Of a stretch of DNA of 64,000 nt, positions 20,467-31,700 are shown one piece after another (within the stretch, counting starts at the first letter, position 1; each line of letters begins with the position of its first letter). A program made the translations under genes and the position numbers. The DNA comes from Vulcanimicrobiota bacterium (GTDB taxonomy: Bacteria; Vulcanimicrobiota; Vulcanimicrobiia; Vulcanimicrobiales; Vulcanimicrobiaceae): assembly GCA_963714015.1 (NCBI GenBank), contig OY970223.1, forward strand, positions 800,001 to 864,000, in the 5' to 3' direction. The notes under the pieces were generated by a model. The model was not told the origin of the DNA. It worked only from the letters and a program-made list of their open reading frames with translations, and ran no database searches.

Positions 20467-21321
20467 ATGGCTCATGCGATATGGTCGGGGGCGATAAATT
20501 TCGGGCTGGTGACGATCCCCGTCAAATTATTCACGGCTGTTCGTACCAATGATTTGTCGTTCAATATGCTTCACAAAAAGGATGAAGGGCGCATCAAGTA
20601 CGAGCGCGTCTGCTCGGTCGACGGCAAGGCCGTTCCTTGGGACGAGATCGTCAAGGGTTACGAGTACGAAAAGGGCGAGTATGTGCTCCTGACCGACGAA
20701 GATTTCAAAAAGGTCAATCCGGAGGCGACGCAGAGCGTCGACATCCTGGAGTTCGTCGATCTCGACAAAATCAACCCGATGTTCTTCGACAAACCTTACT
20801 ACCTGGAGCCCACCAAACAAGGCCGCCATGCTTACGCGTTGTTGCGCGAAGCTCTGTCGCGCGCCGGCAAAGTCGCAATCGCGCGCGTCGTCATTCGTAC
20901 CAAAGAGACGATCGCCGCGGTAAAACCGGACGGCGAAGCACTGGTGCTCGAACTGATGCACTGGGCCGATGAATTAGTGGAGCAGAGCGATCTGGATTTC
21001 CCGGGCGACATCAAGCTTCCCGAACCCGAAATGAAGATGGCAAAGATGCTGATCGACTCGATGAGCGTCGACGAATTCGAGCCCGAGAAGTTCACGAACC
21101 GGTATCACGACGAGATGATGGCGATGATCGAAGCGCGCGCCGCCGGTAAAGAAGTCCCGCAGCCCAAGAAGGCGCCGCGCCCCTCGAAGGTCGTCAACCT
21201 CATGGACGTGCTGCAGCAGAGTCTGCAAGAGAGCAAAAAGGCCCGAGCGGGGCGCAAAGAGCAGGCACCGAAACGTGCGGCGCATCGCGCCTCACCGGGA
21301 CGCAAAAAGAAAAGCGCTTAG
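20467..21321 (+). CDS. ku: NHEJ Ku protein
   Basis: AIWSGAINFGLVTIPVKL, IVKGYEY, YYLEP, VVNLMDVLQQSL and basic C-tail. Confidence 0.96.
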   Translation: MAHAIWSGAINFGLVTIPVKLFTAVRTNDLSFNMLHKKDEGRIKYERVCSVDGKAVPWDEIVKGYEYEKGEYVLLTDEDFKKVNPEATQSVDILEFVDLDKINPMFFDKPYYLEPTKQGRHAYALLREALSRAGKVAIARVVIRTKETIAAVKPDGEALVLELMHWADELVEQSDLDFPGDIKLPEPEMKMAKMLIDSMSVDEFEPEKFTNRYHDEMMAMIEARAAGKEVPQPKKAPRPSKVVNLMDVLQQSLQESKKARAGRKEQAPKRAAHRASPGRKKKSA

Positions 21322-22529
21322 AGCTTCTCGACTTCGGGACTCAGGCCGGGCGCCGCAGAAGCGGCGCCTTTTGCATTCCGTTCGTCGTCGGAACCCGCCT
21401 GGGCCGTCCCCATGATGAATGCCACGACGGCAAAGAGCAGCGACCACGCGCCGGCCCATGCGGATCCCAAACTTCCCAAAAAAGCCGTCGCCACGGGCGG
21501 CGAGATAATGCCCGCGAATGAATCGAGCGAGGACGTTACGCCCAGCACCGTTCCCTGTTTGCGATCGTCCGCGGCGCCACTGATGAGCGCGGTTAGCCCG
21601 GTACTGCCGAACGCCATCCCCATGCTGAAAAAGATCATTAGACCGGCCATTTGCCATACGTTGTGAATGAAGGGCACAAAAGAGAACCCGACCACGAGCG
21701 AGCCGATGCCGATCGTCGACATCACCCGGTTGCCCAGGCGGTCGGACGCGCGTCCGACCACGATCGCGTTCATGAACGCATTGACGACCGAGAATACGGC
21801 GAACAGATACGCCGTCTCTTTGAAAGAGAAATGCAGCTGATGCGCCAGGAAGAGCGCCTGAACGCTGAACCAGCCGTACAGCGTCAACGAAAGAGCGAGC
21901 TTCTGCCAGAGCTTCGAGGAGAGCTTCGGATCGCGGAACGTGCGGACGATCTCGCCTAGGCCGACGGCACTTTTCTCTTCAAGCTTCGTGCGCGATTCGG
22001 GAAGGACGATGATCGTAACGATCAGCGTTATGAACTGCAGCCCCGCAGCGACGTAGAGCGGTACCGAATATCCGTACGTCGAGAGTGCGCCCGCAATAGC
22101 GGGTCCGAACGTGAAAGCAAACGCGAACGTCGCCCCGATGTATCCGAACGCGCGCGCGCGATCTTTCGGCGGCACCAGATCGGCGACGTAGGCCTGCGTG
22201 ACGCCGATATTTCCGCCCGATGCGCCTTCCAAAACGCGGGCCGCGAAGACCCATGCGATGCTCGGCGCCCATCCCAGCATGCCCCATCCGATCGTCGCGC
22301 CGATTTGACTGATGATCAGCACGCCCTTGCGCCCGATGCGATCGGAGACGTTTCCCCAAATGGGGCCGGAAATGAGTTGACAGAGCGAAAAGACCGAAAA
22401 GAGCACGCCGACCACGAACGGTGAAGCGCCAAAGTGCGTGACGTAATAAGGAAGCAGCGGAATGAGCATGCTGAACCCGAGGATGTCGATGAACGTTATC
22501 CCGAGGATTGGCAGCAGCGCTTTGATCAT
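21318..22529 (-). CDS. MFS transporter (TetA/DHA1-like)
   Basis: 12 TMs; G.VSDRIGRK motif A, AYVAD...RARAFG. Confidence 0.9.
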   Translation of the reverse strand: MIKALLPILGITFIDILGFSMLIPLLPYYVTHFGASPFVVGVLFSVFSLCQLISGPIWGNVSDRIGRKGVLIISQIGATIGWGMLGWAPSIAWVFAARVLEGASGGNIGVTQAYVADLVPPKDRARAFGYIGATFAFAFTFGPAIAGALSTYGYSVPLYVAAGLQFITLIVTIIVLPESRTKLEEKSAVGLGEIVRTFRDPKLSSKLWQKLALSLTLYGWFSVQALFLAHQLHFSFKETAYLFAVFSVVNAFMNAIVVGRASDRLGNRVMSTIGIGSLVVGFSFVPFIHNVWQMAGLMIFFSMGMAFGSTGLTALISGAADDRKQGTVLGVTSSLDSFAGIISPPVATAFLGSLGSAWAGAWSLLFAVVAFIMGTAQAGSDDERNAKGAASAAPGLSPEVEKL

Positions 22530-23470
22530 GCTGCTTCGATCGGCAGCACGATCGGCTGCAGGCGTTGGTTCTTGCGGACGATGGTCAGGCGATAGCTGCG
22601 CGCCAAATCGATGAGCGTGAGGTGGCGATGCAGATCGTCCACGCTCAGAATGCCGGCGTCTTCGAAGGCGACCAGCAGATCGCCCTCGCGCAGTCCGGCA
22701 GTTTCGGCGGGACTTCCCGGTTCGACCGAAACGATCATCACGCCGCGCGAGGCGCGTAAATCGTGCGCGCGCACCAGACGGCGCGGGACCTCGATGTCTT
22801 GACCGGCGATCCCGAGGTAGCCGCGGCGGATCCTCCCGTCGCGCATCAAGATGCTGCCGATGAACTTAGCCGTGTTGATCGCAATGGCAAAGCAGATTCC
22901 TTGACCGGGAAAGACCGCGGTATTGACGCCGACCACCGCACCGTCGGCCGTTACGAGCGGTCCGCCGGAGTTTCCGGGGTTGAGTGCGGCATCCGTTTGG
23001 ATCACGTTGTCGATGAGCCGTCCTGATTGAGCACGCAGCGATCGTCCGAGCGCGCTTACGACGCCGGCCGTGACGGTGTACTGAAGCCCGTACGGGTTGC
23101 CCACTGCCACGACGAGTTGCCCCGGCTGGAGGTACGACGAATCGCCGAGCACCGCCGGCACTAAGTCGGGCGCGTCGATGCGCAAGACGGCGATGTCGGA
23201 GTGCTCATCCTCCCCTGCCAGCGCCGCCGGCACCTCACGGCCGTCCAGAAGGGAGACACCGATATGCTCGGCGCCGTGCACGACATGGCTGTTGGTCAGC
23301 ACGAAGCCGTCCGGCGTGAAGATAAAACCGGAGCCGTTTCCGCCGCGCCGCGCCGTGCGGACCTCGATCGCGACGACGGACGGGCTGACCGTTTGCGCGG
23401 CGGTCGTCACGGCTTGCGAGTAAGCATCCAGCGGCGCAGGCTCGGAAACTAAACGTAGAGGGGCAGACAT
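22526..23470 (-). CDS. HtrA/DegP-like trypsin protease with PDZ domain
   Basis: GSGF, TNSHVV (His), DIAVL (Asp), [15 protein letters not shown] (Ser); C-terminal PDZ SPA..AGL..GD. Confidence 0.93.
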   Translation of the reverse strand: MSAPLRLVSEPAPLDAYSQAVTTAAQTVSPSVVAIEVRTARRGGNGSGFIFTPDGFVLTNSHVVHGAEHIGVSLLDGREVPAALAGEDEHSDIAVLRIDAPDLVPAVLGDSSYLQPGQLVVAVGNPYGLQYTVTAGVVSALGRSLRAQSGRLIDNVIQTDAALNPGNSGGPLVTADGAVVGVNTAVFPGQGICFAIAINTAKFIGSILMRDGRIRRGYLGIAGQDIEVPRRLVRAHDLRASRGVMIVSVEPGSPAETAGLREGDLLVAFEDAGILSVDDLHRHLTLIDLARSYRLTIVRKNQRLQPIVLPIEAA

Positions 23471-23577
23471 GGTGGCCTCATCAACCCTTTACCGGACGGT
23501 CCCGGTTTCACGAAGGGCTCGGGTGCCCCGAGGCGAATCGGAGCCGGTCGACTCAGGCCTGTCCTGAGCTCCGAAGC

Positions 23578-23661
23578 GCCCAGATGGCGGAATTGGTAGA
23601 CGCGCTGGTTTCAGGTATCAGTGGCCGCAAGGCCGTGGGGGTTCGAGTCCCTTTCTGGGCA
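23578..23661 (+). tRNA. tRNA-Leu (anticodon CAG); CCA not encoded
   Basis: GCCCAGA/TCTGGGC acceptor stem, TGGCGGAATTGGTAGACGC D-arm, CTGGT-TTCAGGT-ATCAG anticodon arm, long variable arm GGCC-GCAA-GGCC, GTTCGAGTC T-loop. Confidence 0.96.
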
Positions 23662-23750
23662 ATTTCGTCTCAGCTAAATCCAAAGTATAAAAATACTTTG
23701 GATCGAGCACAGACGAATCGCCGAATACTTTGGCTTTGCCATTTCTCGTC
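23662..23750. repeat. Left-end motif cluster: three ATACTTTGG copies (one inverted) in a long fold-back
   Basis: CCAAAGTAT 23680-23688, ATACTTTGG 23693-23701 and 23725-23733; palindrome ATCCAAAGTAT-AAAA-ATACTTTGGAT. Confidence 0.9.
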
Positions 23751-24276
23751 CCGGCCTGTGGGCATTGCCAAAAACGGCGCGCGCTCGTTTCAAGAAACCG
23801 CAACAAGGCCCCGATCACATAGATCGCGCCGCTTTTTGCCGGGCTGACTAGCGACGTCCGCCGCGACCAACGGCGCGTGTCACCCACATAGTCGTTTGCC
23901 GTCGAACGCGGGTGCGCGTGGCCGGTCGTCCTCAAAATAAACCGCGGAGGGTGTCCTTCAGTGCTCTACGAATCGCACGATTTCCATGATCGCGCCATCG
24001 GTCAGCGTCAGCATGGAAGCTGGCCCACCGAACCGCACCTCCGTGCAACCTTTTGAAACCGAACGGTGTTTAGCATTGGGTCCCGGCTCAGCAGCCGCGG
24101 ATGTCCCCGTCATCGGCTCTTCCGGTTACGGTCAGTCTAAGAATAGAAGAGCGCGAACGATGCTTGATTCTTGTCTGGCATTTAGTAGCGAGAGATAAGG
24201 CAAGAACAGACTTAGAGTAAGGCGCTTTTCCAGCTTGCCGCTGGACGAGCTATCTGAATATAAGGATGTGTTGCCA

Positions 24277-24372
24277 GTGCGTAAAACAGCATGGGCGCTA
24301 TTTATTGGCGTCGTAGCTGGCCTTATTGCTAACCTCGTGTCAGCAATTTGCGCCGCCTTTCTTGGGTTTTAA
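24277..24372 (+). CDS. 31-aa hydrophobic peptide, type I toxin-like (not in ORF track)
   Basis: TAAGGA RBS; (M)RKTAWALFIGVVAGLIANLVSAICAAFLGF; followed by hairpins. Confidence 0.5.
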   Translation: MRKTAWALFIGVVAGLIANLVSAICAAFLGF

Positions 24373-24397
24373 CGAAACCCCGCGCCCGTAAAGGGCC

Positions 24398-24424
24398 AAA
24401 GGGAGCAGCGCAAGCTGCTCCTTC
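24398..24424. terminator. Stem-loop between the convergent peptide and transposase genes
   Basis: GGAGCAGC-GCAA-GCTGCTCC perfect 8-bp stem with GNRA loop; T-tail weak. Confidence 0.55.
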
Positions 24425-24450
24425 GCTATTTCCCGCGACGTAGCCACGTG

Positions 24451-25987
24451 CTACGACGCGTATGGTAGGATGATTCGACGCAGTGACGTGATGTTGGTTC
24501 CGAGTGTGACGCTCACGGGCTCGCGCAGTTGGTACTCCCACGCTGCGATCCGGCGTGCGTTATGAGCAATGGCGATCCCGTACGCCTCGTTCGTCTGAGC
24601 AGTTCCGACGAGTTCCTGCGCCAAGAACGTGCAAAACAACTCTCGCGCCGTCTCCAGGCTCGTTGGGCCTTTCGCCGGATACTTTTGCGCGAGCCGTTTC
24701 ATTTCAGCTTTACGCGTGCGCGACTTGATGTGGCCGCTGACGCGCTGCTCAGACGAAAAGACGCCTTCCATGCGCTGACGATACCGGTGAAACGTTCGGT
24801 AGATCGCGGGATGTTCGCGGCGCAGAAACTCCATGAACGCCATCGTCTCGCGTCCGAACTCGGCATTATCGGGATTCACCTTCTCTTTGATCATGACCAT
24901 CAGCATGATGCCTAGATCTTGAAGCGCGCCGTAGTGCTCGTCATCCCAGTAGGCTTTGTCGCCTACAACGAGCTTCACGTTCGGATTCAGCGCACGTCGC
25001 ACCAGATCGGGCAGGTGCTTCACGTCGGCGGTTCCTTCCCCGAATTTCAACGTGCAGCTGAGCGAGTAGATCAACCCTGACATCAAGCCTGCGACCGTGT
25101 GGACCTTGACGAAGCCCTTGCGGTACTTGGTGCGCTTTTCGATGGCGTCTTCGCTGAAGAAGTATTTCTGGAGAATCCAGATGGCCGCTTTTGACGTTCC
25201 GAAGCCGGTGGCGTCGATCCCTAGGATGCGATCCATTCCGCGGCCCGGACGTGACGACGCTTTCAGCAGGCGTTTGAGGGTGTCGAGCACGAGCGGATCG
25301 CCATGAACTTCGAGAGGGTCTCGTCGCTCAATGCCTGCTGATTTTTGTATCCCTCCCGAATGCCTCCGAGCATGCGGTACCGAGGGTCTTTTTCGAGATC
25401 TTCCCTCAGCTTGTGCGCTTTGACGCCCTCACCGGCCTTGACGAGAAGCGCATAGACGAGCGCCGCCCACGGGATGCGCGGCTGTCCCCGCTTGGATCGA
25501 CGCGGTCGGGGATCGGTCAGCAGGCGGCACATGTCGTAGAGGTGGTCGCGGAGGCGCTGCGTGTCTTCTTGAGCCTGGTTGACCCGCGTGGTGAACCGGT
25601 CGCCATACGGGTGGACTACCTGGGGCAGCTCCAGCCGGCGGGCGAGGGCGTACGGGCCCGGAACCCGGCAGGTTGTTCTCCAGGCAGTAGTAGGCGGTGT
25701 GCCCGCACGCGCCGACCCGGTTTGTCCGGTAGACTGTGACACATGCCCGTGATGCGCTTCGTCTTGTGCTGGACCTTGTAGAGCGCTCTCCGTTCGCCGT
25801 CGGCATGTTTCGAGTAAAAAATCCACAGCGTCGGCGACACTTTTTCGATGTCAAAGCGGCGGGCGTAAGTCTCGGACGCCTCGTCGTCGGGCAACATCGC
25901 GGGCAACAGAATGACTGGCGCTGGCAGCCCGAATTCGATGAGCTGGCTGGCGACGTCGTTGATTTCCCGCTGCACCTTGCTCATCAT
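24451..25987 (-). CDS. SWIM-finger-fused DDE transposase (IS4/IS5-like DDE_Tnp_1), ~3 frameshifts
   Basis: Joined ORFs 25616-25987, 25429-25854, 25263-25826, 24451-25290; C...ACGH finger, NQAQ...G.PR; ILGIDATGF, VVGDKAY and HRYRQRMEGVFS catalytic D-D-E. Confidence 0.8.
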
Positions 25988-25990
25988 TTG

Positions 25991-26262
25991 CTAGCGGCTC
26001 TTTCGAAAGCCCTCCCGTGATCGTGCAAACGCCTGCCAAATGTCTTCGGCCTCAGCGTCGGTTTGCGCCAGCAGCCATGACGCTGGAATCAGGCGGGCAT
26101 CACCGATCTTCCGGGGATGATGCCGGCATAAACGTCTGCGTAGATCGTGCGTAGACCAAGTCCGGTAAGATTTGCCACTCCGCGCGGACGGTAGTACAAG
26201 CGTTCAATGGGGGTTGCTCGCTCACTCTTTTGTGTCGTTGTCCTGTTTTTTTGCGTTCGCAT
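25991..26262 (-). CDS. Excisionase-like HTH (HTH_17/MerR-like), one frameshift near 26110
   Basis: RLYYRPRGVANLTGLGLRTIYADVYAGIIP then RKIGDARLIPASWL in the shifted frame; stop 3 bp before transposase start. Confidence 0.75.
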
Positions 26263-26353
26263 TCGCGAGGTGATCTCCCGGTTGCACAGGCAAATAGGTG
26301 ATCGAAGAAGACTCGACTCGCACACGCCACATTGTGTCGATCCTTCTTAATCG

Positions 26354-26742
26354 CTAACGCCGCTTCCCGGAAGTCTCCGTCACCTCCGCCTCGGGTGCCT
26401 CGATGGCCGCTGGCTTAACTTCGCGGCTCGCCGCGCGCATTAAGGCGTCCGCTTCGCGTGCATTTTTTTCAGGCAGCGGCACGCATTCTATCGTTAGCCC
26501 GGCGTCAAAGCGCCTTGGATCTTTCAAGTGAGCATTTGGTGAAAAGCCGGATAGGTCAGTAGCAGCGTGCGCTTCGGTGCCTGCACGAGAGCGACAGAAT
26601 AGATTTCACTAATTGCGTTGTGCACGTCGCCCGCGGAAATCGTTTTCCCGGCCGTAAGGCCGGAAAGTCGCCTCGATGCTTGCGACGATGGTGGCATCCG
26701 ACGCAGCCGCGTCGAATTCTTGCGATTCGGAGTCAGTTTCAA
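26354..26742 (-). CDS. Hypothetical protein (frameshift near 26525)
   Basis: ORF 26524-26742 continues as LKDPRRFDAGLTIECVPLPEK...GKRR in another frame; co-oriented with xis. Confidence 0.35.
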
Positions 26743-27180
26743 GAACTGCGTGCTGAACTCTACGCTATGGATCTCCTGAGCCGTGGCCTCGCACGTGATT
26801 CTCGACGACCGTGGTCAGTAACGCGTGTTAGCCATTCAGACGACTCTGCGCACTTCGACGCGCGGCAATTCACAGACGACGGCCGTTGCGCCCGGCGACA
26901 AATCCAACGCGGCGGCAACGCCTTCCGGAGCGGACTCCGACCAGGCTTCGAACAAGGACAACGCGTTCAATACGACGCCGTCAGCGCCGTCCACCCTGAC
27001 CTCATAAAATGCCGAAGACTGCATGCTAGCGCCAAGGCTGGGTCTACTACTGCGGCGAGGGAGACGCCGGATCGCTCGAATCTTCGGGCATATCACCGAA
27101 TCGCACGGATAGGTCGCCATCGCGGTTCTGAAAGGCCCCCCATCTTCACGTGTCCATCGTCGAACATGATGTACGTATCT

Positions 27181-27549
27181 CTAAACCGGCAATTGTTCGC
27201 ATTCCAATGCAACTGCCAATCGGTTGTTCTTGCTCACCATCTTCGTCTGCGCATCGTACGAGAGCAGTACGGCGTCGCCATGCATCCGAACGATCCTCAA
27301 CGTATACGGCTGGCACGCGGAGTCGATCTCCCTTGCGGACGCACCTTCAGAATAGACCTTCAACGTATCGCCGTTTGCGAGCGTCAACGATCCGCACAGG
27401 TCTCCCGAGCCGCAATCCTTCACGGCGGTGGCGACGGAACCGTCCCGCATCTGAACATGCAACGGACTGTCCAGACTCGGATCGGCGGCTAATCCGACGG
27501 CAGCGCTCGTCAAGAGAAGGGCTAGACACATAACACCCGTCCTAAACAT
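27181..27549 (-). CDS. Small secreted Cys-containing protein
   Basis: GGAG RBS; signal peptide MFRTGVMCLALLLTSAAVGLAA; paired Cys. Confidence 0.6.
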   Translation of the reverse strand: MFRTGVMCLALLLTSAAVGLAADPSLDSPLHVQMRDGSVATAVKDCGSGDLCGSLTLANGDTLKVYSEGASAREIDSACQPYTLRIVRMHGDAVLLSYDAQTKMVSKNNRLAVALECEQLPV

Positions 27550-27824
27550 TAAATCTCCGCGTCAAGACAAACGAAAAATCGCCAGCATCCAAAGAAGGCG
27601 CCCGCGTCGAAATTCGCTTCAGCGGGCGAACTCCCTGGGGCATGTCCGCGGTAGTCGCCCATGGACGCCGTCCACATGGACCCGTTAACGGGTCAACCTC
27701 CAACATTCTACGCATTGCGGTTGCCCGCAGATTCCACGTTGATAGCGCGCAATGCGCTCCAGCATCCATACAGCGCAGGCAGCGCCTCTCGTACGTTCCC
27801 AACGTCCGAATCTTGTGACTACTC

Positions 27825-28730
27825 TCAACTATTTTCAGCGTCGCCGTTTTCCATTCCACTGACACGCAACCACTGCTGGTAGGCGCTCAAAACCGTCGAA
27901 GCAACATGTACCGCGGGACCGAACTTCGCGTGCAGACTCTTTTGTCGTTCGACGTCAATCGCATGGTGAGCGACATCGCTGTCGTCACGAAGCCGTCGCA
28001 AAGGTTCGATTTCATCTGCAAAATAACCATAGGAAATCCCGAAGTTGCGATAGCGCCTCTGATAATCCCGATCCACACTGGGATCGCCAATTATGACCGA
28101 AACGGCTTTCCAAAGATTCAGTATCATCGCCGACGCAAGCACGTCGAAATCTGGCGTACCAAACTTAGCGATAACGCCTTGGTTTGCAATCAACATCAAT
28201 GCGTGCCGGTAATATATCAGTGCCCTGTCTAGTCGCTCGTCCGTCGTTGCGGAAAGCAAAGCGGCTCGCGAAATCTTTTCGCAAAGCATGTGTGTGTCGT
28301 ATGTCGTGAATGAAGCCAGATCGCCGAATCTAGGCAGCGGGTACGCCTTGCCAGCGTCGTCGCGAAACGAAACCAGTTCGTACGAAATCTGCTGTTCCAG
28401 TTGAACGGACGCCGATTCCATAAGCCGGTTCAAAGAATTCGTGATCCTGAAAAGTGCTTCCGAGTGTGACGCAACTGGCAAATCACACACGACCATGATG
28501 TAGTTGTCGTTCAGCGTCATCCGGAATCCATCTAATACGAAAGACACGCGCACGGCGTCCTCGTCTTCGCGATACCGTGACATCGTGCCGTGCCCGACCT
28601 TTCGGAGCGTTGAAGTATCCAAGGCCGCTGAAACAATTTCTGCTTGACCAGACGGATAGACGGTCTTCGTCCCGTCTGGGACGCCGAAGATGCCCGGAGG
28701 AAATATCTCCGCATGGACGATGTACGTCAT
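27825..28730 (-). CDS. Hypothetical protein with C-terminal HEPN-like (MauJ/ApeA-like) domain
   Basis: Intact 301-aa ORF; RLDRALIYYRHAL...LNLWKAVSVI...LRRLRDDSDVAH (R-x6-H). Confidence 0.6.
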   Translation of the reverse strand: MTYIVHAEIFPPGIFGVPDGTKTVYPSGQAEIVSAALDTSTLRKVGHGTMSRYREDEDAVRVSFVLDGFRMTLNDNYIMVVCDLPVASHSEALFRITNSLNRLMESASVQLEQQISYELVSFRDDAGKAYPLPRFGDLASFTTYDTHMLCEKISRAALLSATTDERLDRALIYYRHALMLIANQGVIAKFGTPDFDVLASAMILNLWKAVSVIIGDPSVDRDYQRRYRNFGISYGYFADEIEPLRRLRDDSDVAHHAIDVERQKSLHAKFGPAVHVASTVLSAYQQWLRVSGMENGDAENS

Positions 28731-28764
28731 TCACGAGCCTTTCACTGATTGACGCCGCGCGGCT

Positions 28765-31700
28765 CTACGCGAAGACGTCGGCATACTGGCGCACACCCAT
28801 CTTCATCAACTCGTCATTGACGTGCAGAGCCGTTTTTTCCGCTTCGCCCCCAGCTGCGCGAGCATTTCGAAAGATTTCGCGTACACCGTCCTGATTCATG
28901 AACGGAAACGGCGTCTGCCTCTTCACCAGCAGATCCAGTGCCGTAACGGCCTCCCGCGGATGCGTCGCGCTCAAAGACTCCGAGTTTCTCAATGACTCTC
29001 CATTCCATGTTTACCTGCCCGGCGGTACTGTGCAAAACTGCTTGCAGCATGGACAAGGCCCACCTTGGATCGACGTTGTCGGAAATGAACCAAAGGCCGA
29101 AAATGGCAAGGATCTTCCGACGTTCCTCGAGCGTTCGATCTGAATAGAGTTCCAACATTCGCTCGAAGAGTACCTCGAACCGATGCATCGTTTCATCCGA
29201 CCAGTTTGGCGAATTCAAGGCGTTCCCGGCGCTCGTCATCATGTGCGACAATGCGGATGGCGGCGCGTCGTGCAAGAACGCTGCAAGCGGGCCTTGTTGC
29301 AGATCTAGTCGTCCCCATAGGTACGGACCCAAAAAGTGGGATCCGAGCGAACCGGCGGGATACCAGTCTGTCCGATCAACGTTCGGCTCCTCGCCGATGC
29401 TAAACGCATGGCGCTCGTAGCGCGAGCGCAGGACGTCAAACGTCTCTCCGTAGATGCGATTGAAGACAAGGTACGCTTCCCAGGATGCGCGTCCAGCATC
29501 GTCGTTCGTAAATATCCGATCGAGAGCACCTTTCGTCCACGTTCTCGACTCCGCATAGATGGATACGAAGTTCTGTCCATACGTGGAACGGATCGCGCGC
29601 GTGTGCTCGACCATGGGATCCAGCATACGGTCGAGGAGCGAAAACAGTTCGGGCGCGTGCGGACGCAGATCGAATTCGCCCTCATCCCCTTTCAGTGCTG
29701 CGTTGATCCAGCGCGCGTACTCGAACAACGCTAGCATTCCGGCCCCGCGCGCAGAGTTCAGCGCTAAACTCCAAGGGTCGCCGTGCGATTCGCGTCCGGA
29801 GTAGCGGTCATCCTGATCGGGCGTGGGATCGCGGTCCGCGATAATTGCTTCGATGATTTGGAAAACGCGGGCGCGCAATGCGTACGGTAGAGATTTACCG
29901 CGCATCATATCCGTAAGCGCGAACGCGATCGTCTGCCGCAACGGTCCCCAGGACGGTTCGTCGTCGTCCGCTTCGTCCAACGTCTCGTAGTTGCGCTCCG
30001 CTTCGGCTGCGTCCGCCTTGCACATCTCCATCAGCGAAACGTACGCGTCGTAATCGAAATCTGTGCCGGTGGCATGCGGCCGAATCGCTTCAACGACGTG
30101 ACGCACATAGATCGGCGGCGGACTCGCTGACACGCCGCCATTGCTCAAGAAATTCGCGCCGCCGTTCGACGACGAGCGGCTGCAGCGCGCGCCCGAGGCC
30201 TTCGGGTGACGGTGCTAACCAGCCGCCTTCGGGCGTCCAGGATTCCAGGTACGTCAGCACCTCCGCCGTGGACATTTCGCGCAATTCTTGCGCCGATTTC
30301 GGAGCCTCCGGCCCCAGCGATGTTTCGGCGTGCTGAGGCGATTGGTCGTATTCTTGCGCGAAGCGCATCTTCAAATCGTCGAATCGCGCTAGATCGTCCC
30401 CAGCGAGGTACGGCGCAATCGGCTTCATCTGCTCGTACGTCTGACGGGCCCTGAACCGCTCGACGGCGGCCTGTAGGTCTTGTTCCTCGACGCGACCACG
30501 CAGAAGTACAACCGCCCGTGCTTTCGTCGTTATACCGGCACGTAGGCCTGCAACGATCTTTTTGCGGTCCTCTTCCTCGAAATCCGGAAAGAACCGAGAC
30601 AGGAAATCTCTTCGCTCCTTCGTGTTTTGGCGATAGGAAAGCAGGTTGCCGCGCTCGGCCAATGCGGTCTTTGCGTTCTCTGCTTCTCCGACGGCAGTTA
30701 TGATCGCCAGCGAGATGCGTTTGAAGACGTCGTGCTCGAACCTGCGGAGCAGTGAAAGAACCTCGTCAACGGGAAACCGGCCTGCATTCACGGCCGCGCA
30801 CGAAGTAGAGTAGATTTTGAGGGAAAGGCGCTGCTTTACGCCGTGCGCCATATTGGCGTCTTCGCGGATCTCGGGAAGCCAGCTGGTGGAGTAATCCGTG
30901 ACCGGCTCCCCTTCGATTTCCAGTGCGTCCTTCAGCCGATACGCCAGCATTTCAACGAATTCCAACGGCTCCGCTTGGCCGAGGAACGTTCGATACTATC
31001 TAGCGCCGCGACGTATTGCATGTCGCCGATCTTCGCGGCGGCCCGACGGCGTTTTCGACCCATGAGTTCGAACTGGTCGTCAACCGTTATCAAATCCAGC
31101 ACCGATCGGGCGATCTTTCGGGCCGCGGCGTACTCTCCCGACGCCGTGAAATGCTTTATGACGTTCAAGTAGGCGTATTGGAGTCGGTCAGGATCCGCTT
31201 CGAACCATGCCCTGAGCGGCTTTACCAACGTCTTTCCTGTCGCGGCCGGCATGTTGTTCACCGCAGCGACCAGTTCGTACACTACAAGTGTATTGTCGGT
31301 CTTGATGTTGCGGATGACGTCCGCGACTTGGTCCGGTATTGCATGCGCGACGTTTACCAGATACTTGCCCTGCGGCCAACGCATGAAAACAATTCGATCG
31401 CCGCTCCGACGGGAAGTTGGAGGCGAATCGAACATGTGACATCTCTTGAGCAGATAGAAAGCCTTTGGATTTTTAAGGCGCTCGAAAAAATATAGCGCAT
31501 CCTCGGGATGTCCAAGCGCCTCAATGGATGCGCGAAGTTTTCCCTCGTTCACCACGATTCGATCTCCGCAAGGTTTTCATCCATGCGTGCCTGTCGTTCG
31601 TGCCGATGGCCAAGTATGGCGTGCAAGATGTCCTCGAACCGGTCCCATTCATCAAGCGCTTCCGATTCGTTGCGCAGCTTGTGACGTGTCGGCACATGCG

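Noticed and set aside
23480..23512. ECF-sigma promoter for htrA (GAAACC...GGTTGA on the minus strand)
   Set aside because: Plausible, but a single weak match with no second instance to support it.
23584..23935. ORFs 23584-23847 (+) and 23618-23935 (-)
   Set aside because: They overlap the tRNA and the end repeats; no protein motifs.
25263..25990. Programmed ribosomal frameshifting in the transposase
   Set aside because: Several breaks without obvious slippery sites, and similar breaks occur in core genes; indels are more parsimonious.
26620..27492. 290-aa + strand ORF in the island
   Set aside because: Arg-rich, no motifs, and antisense to a better-supported secreted protein gene.
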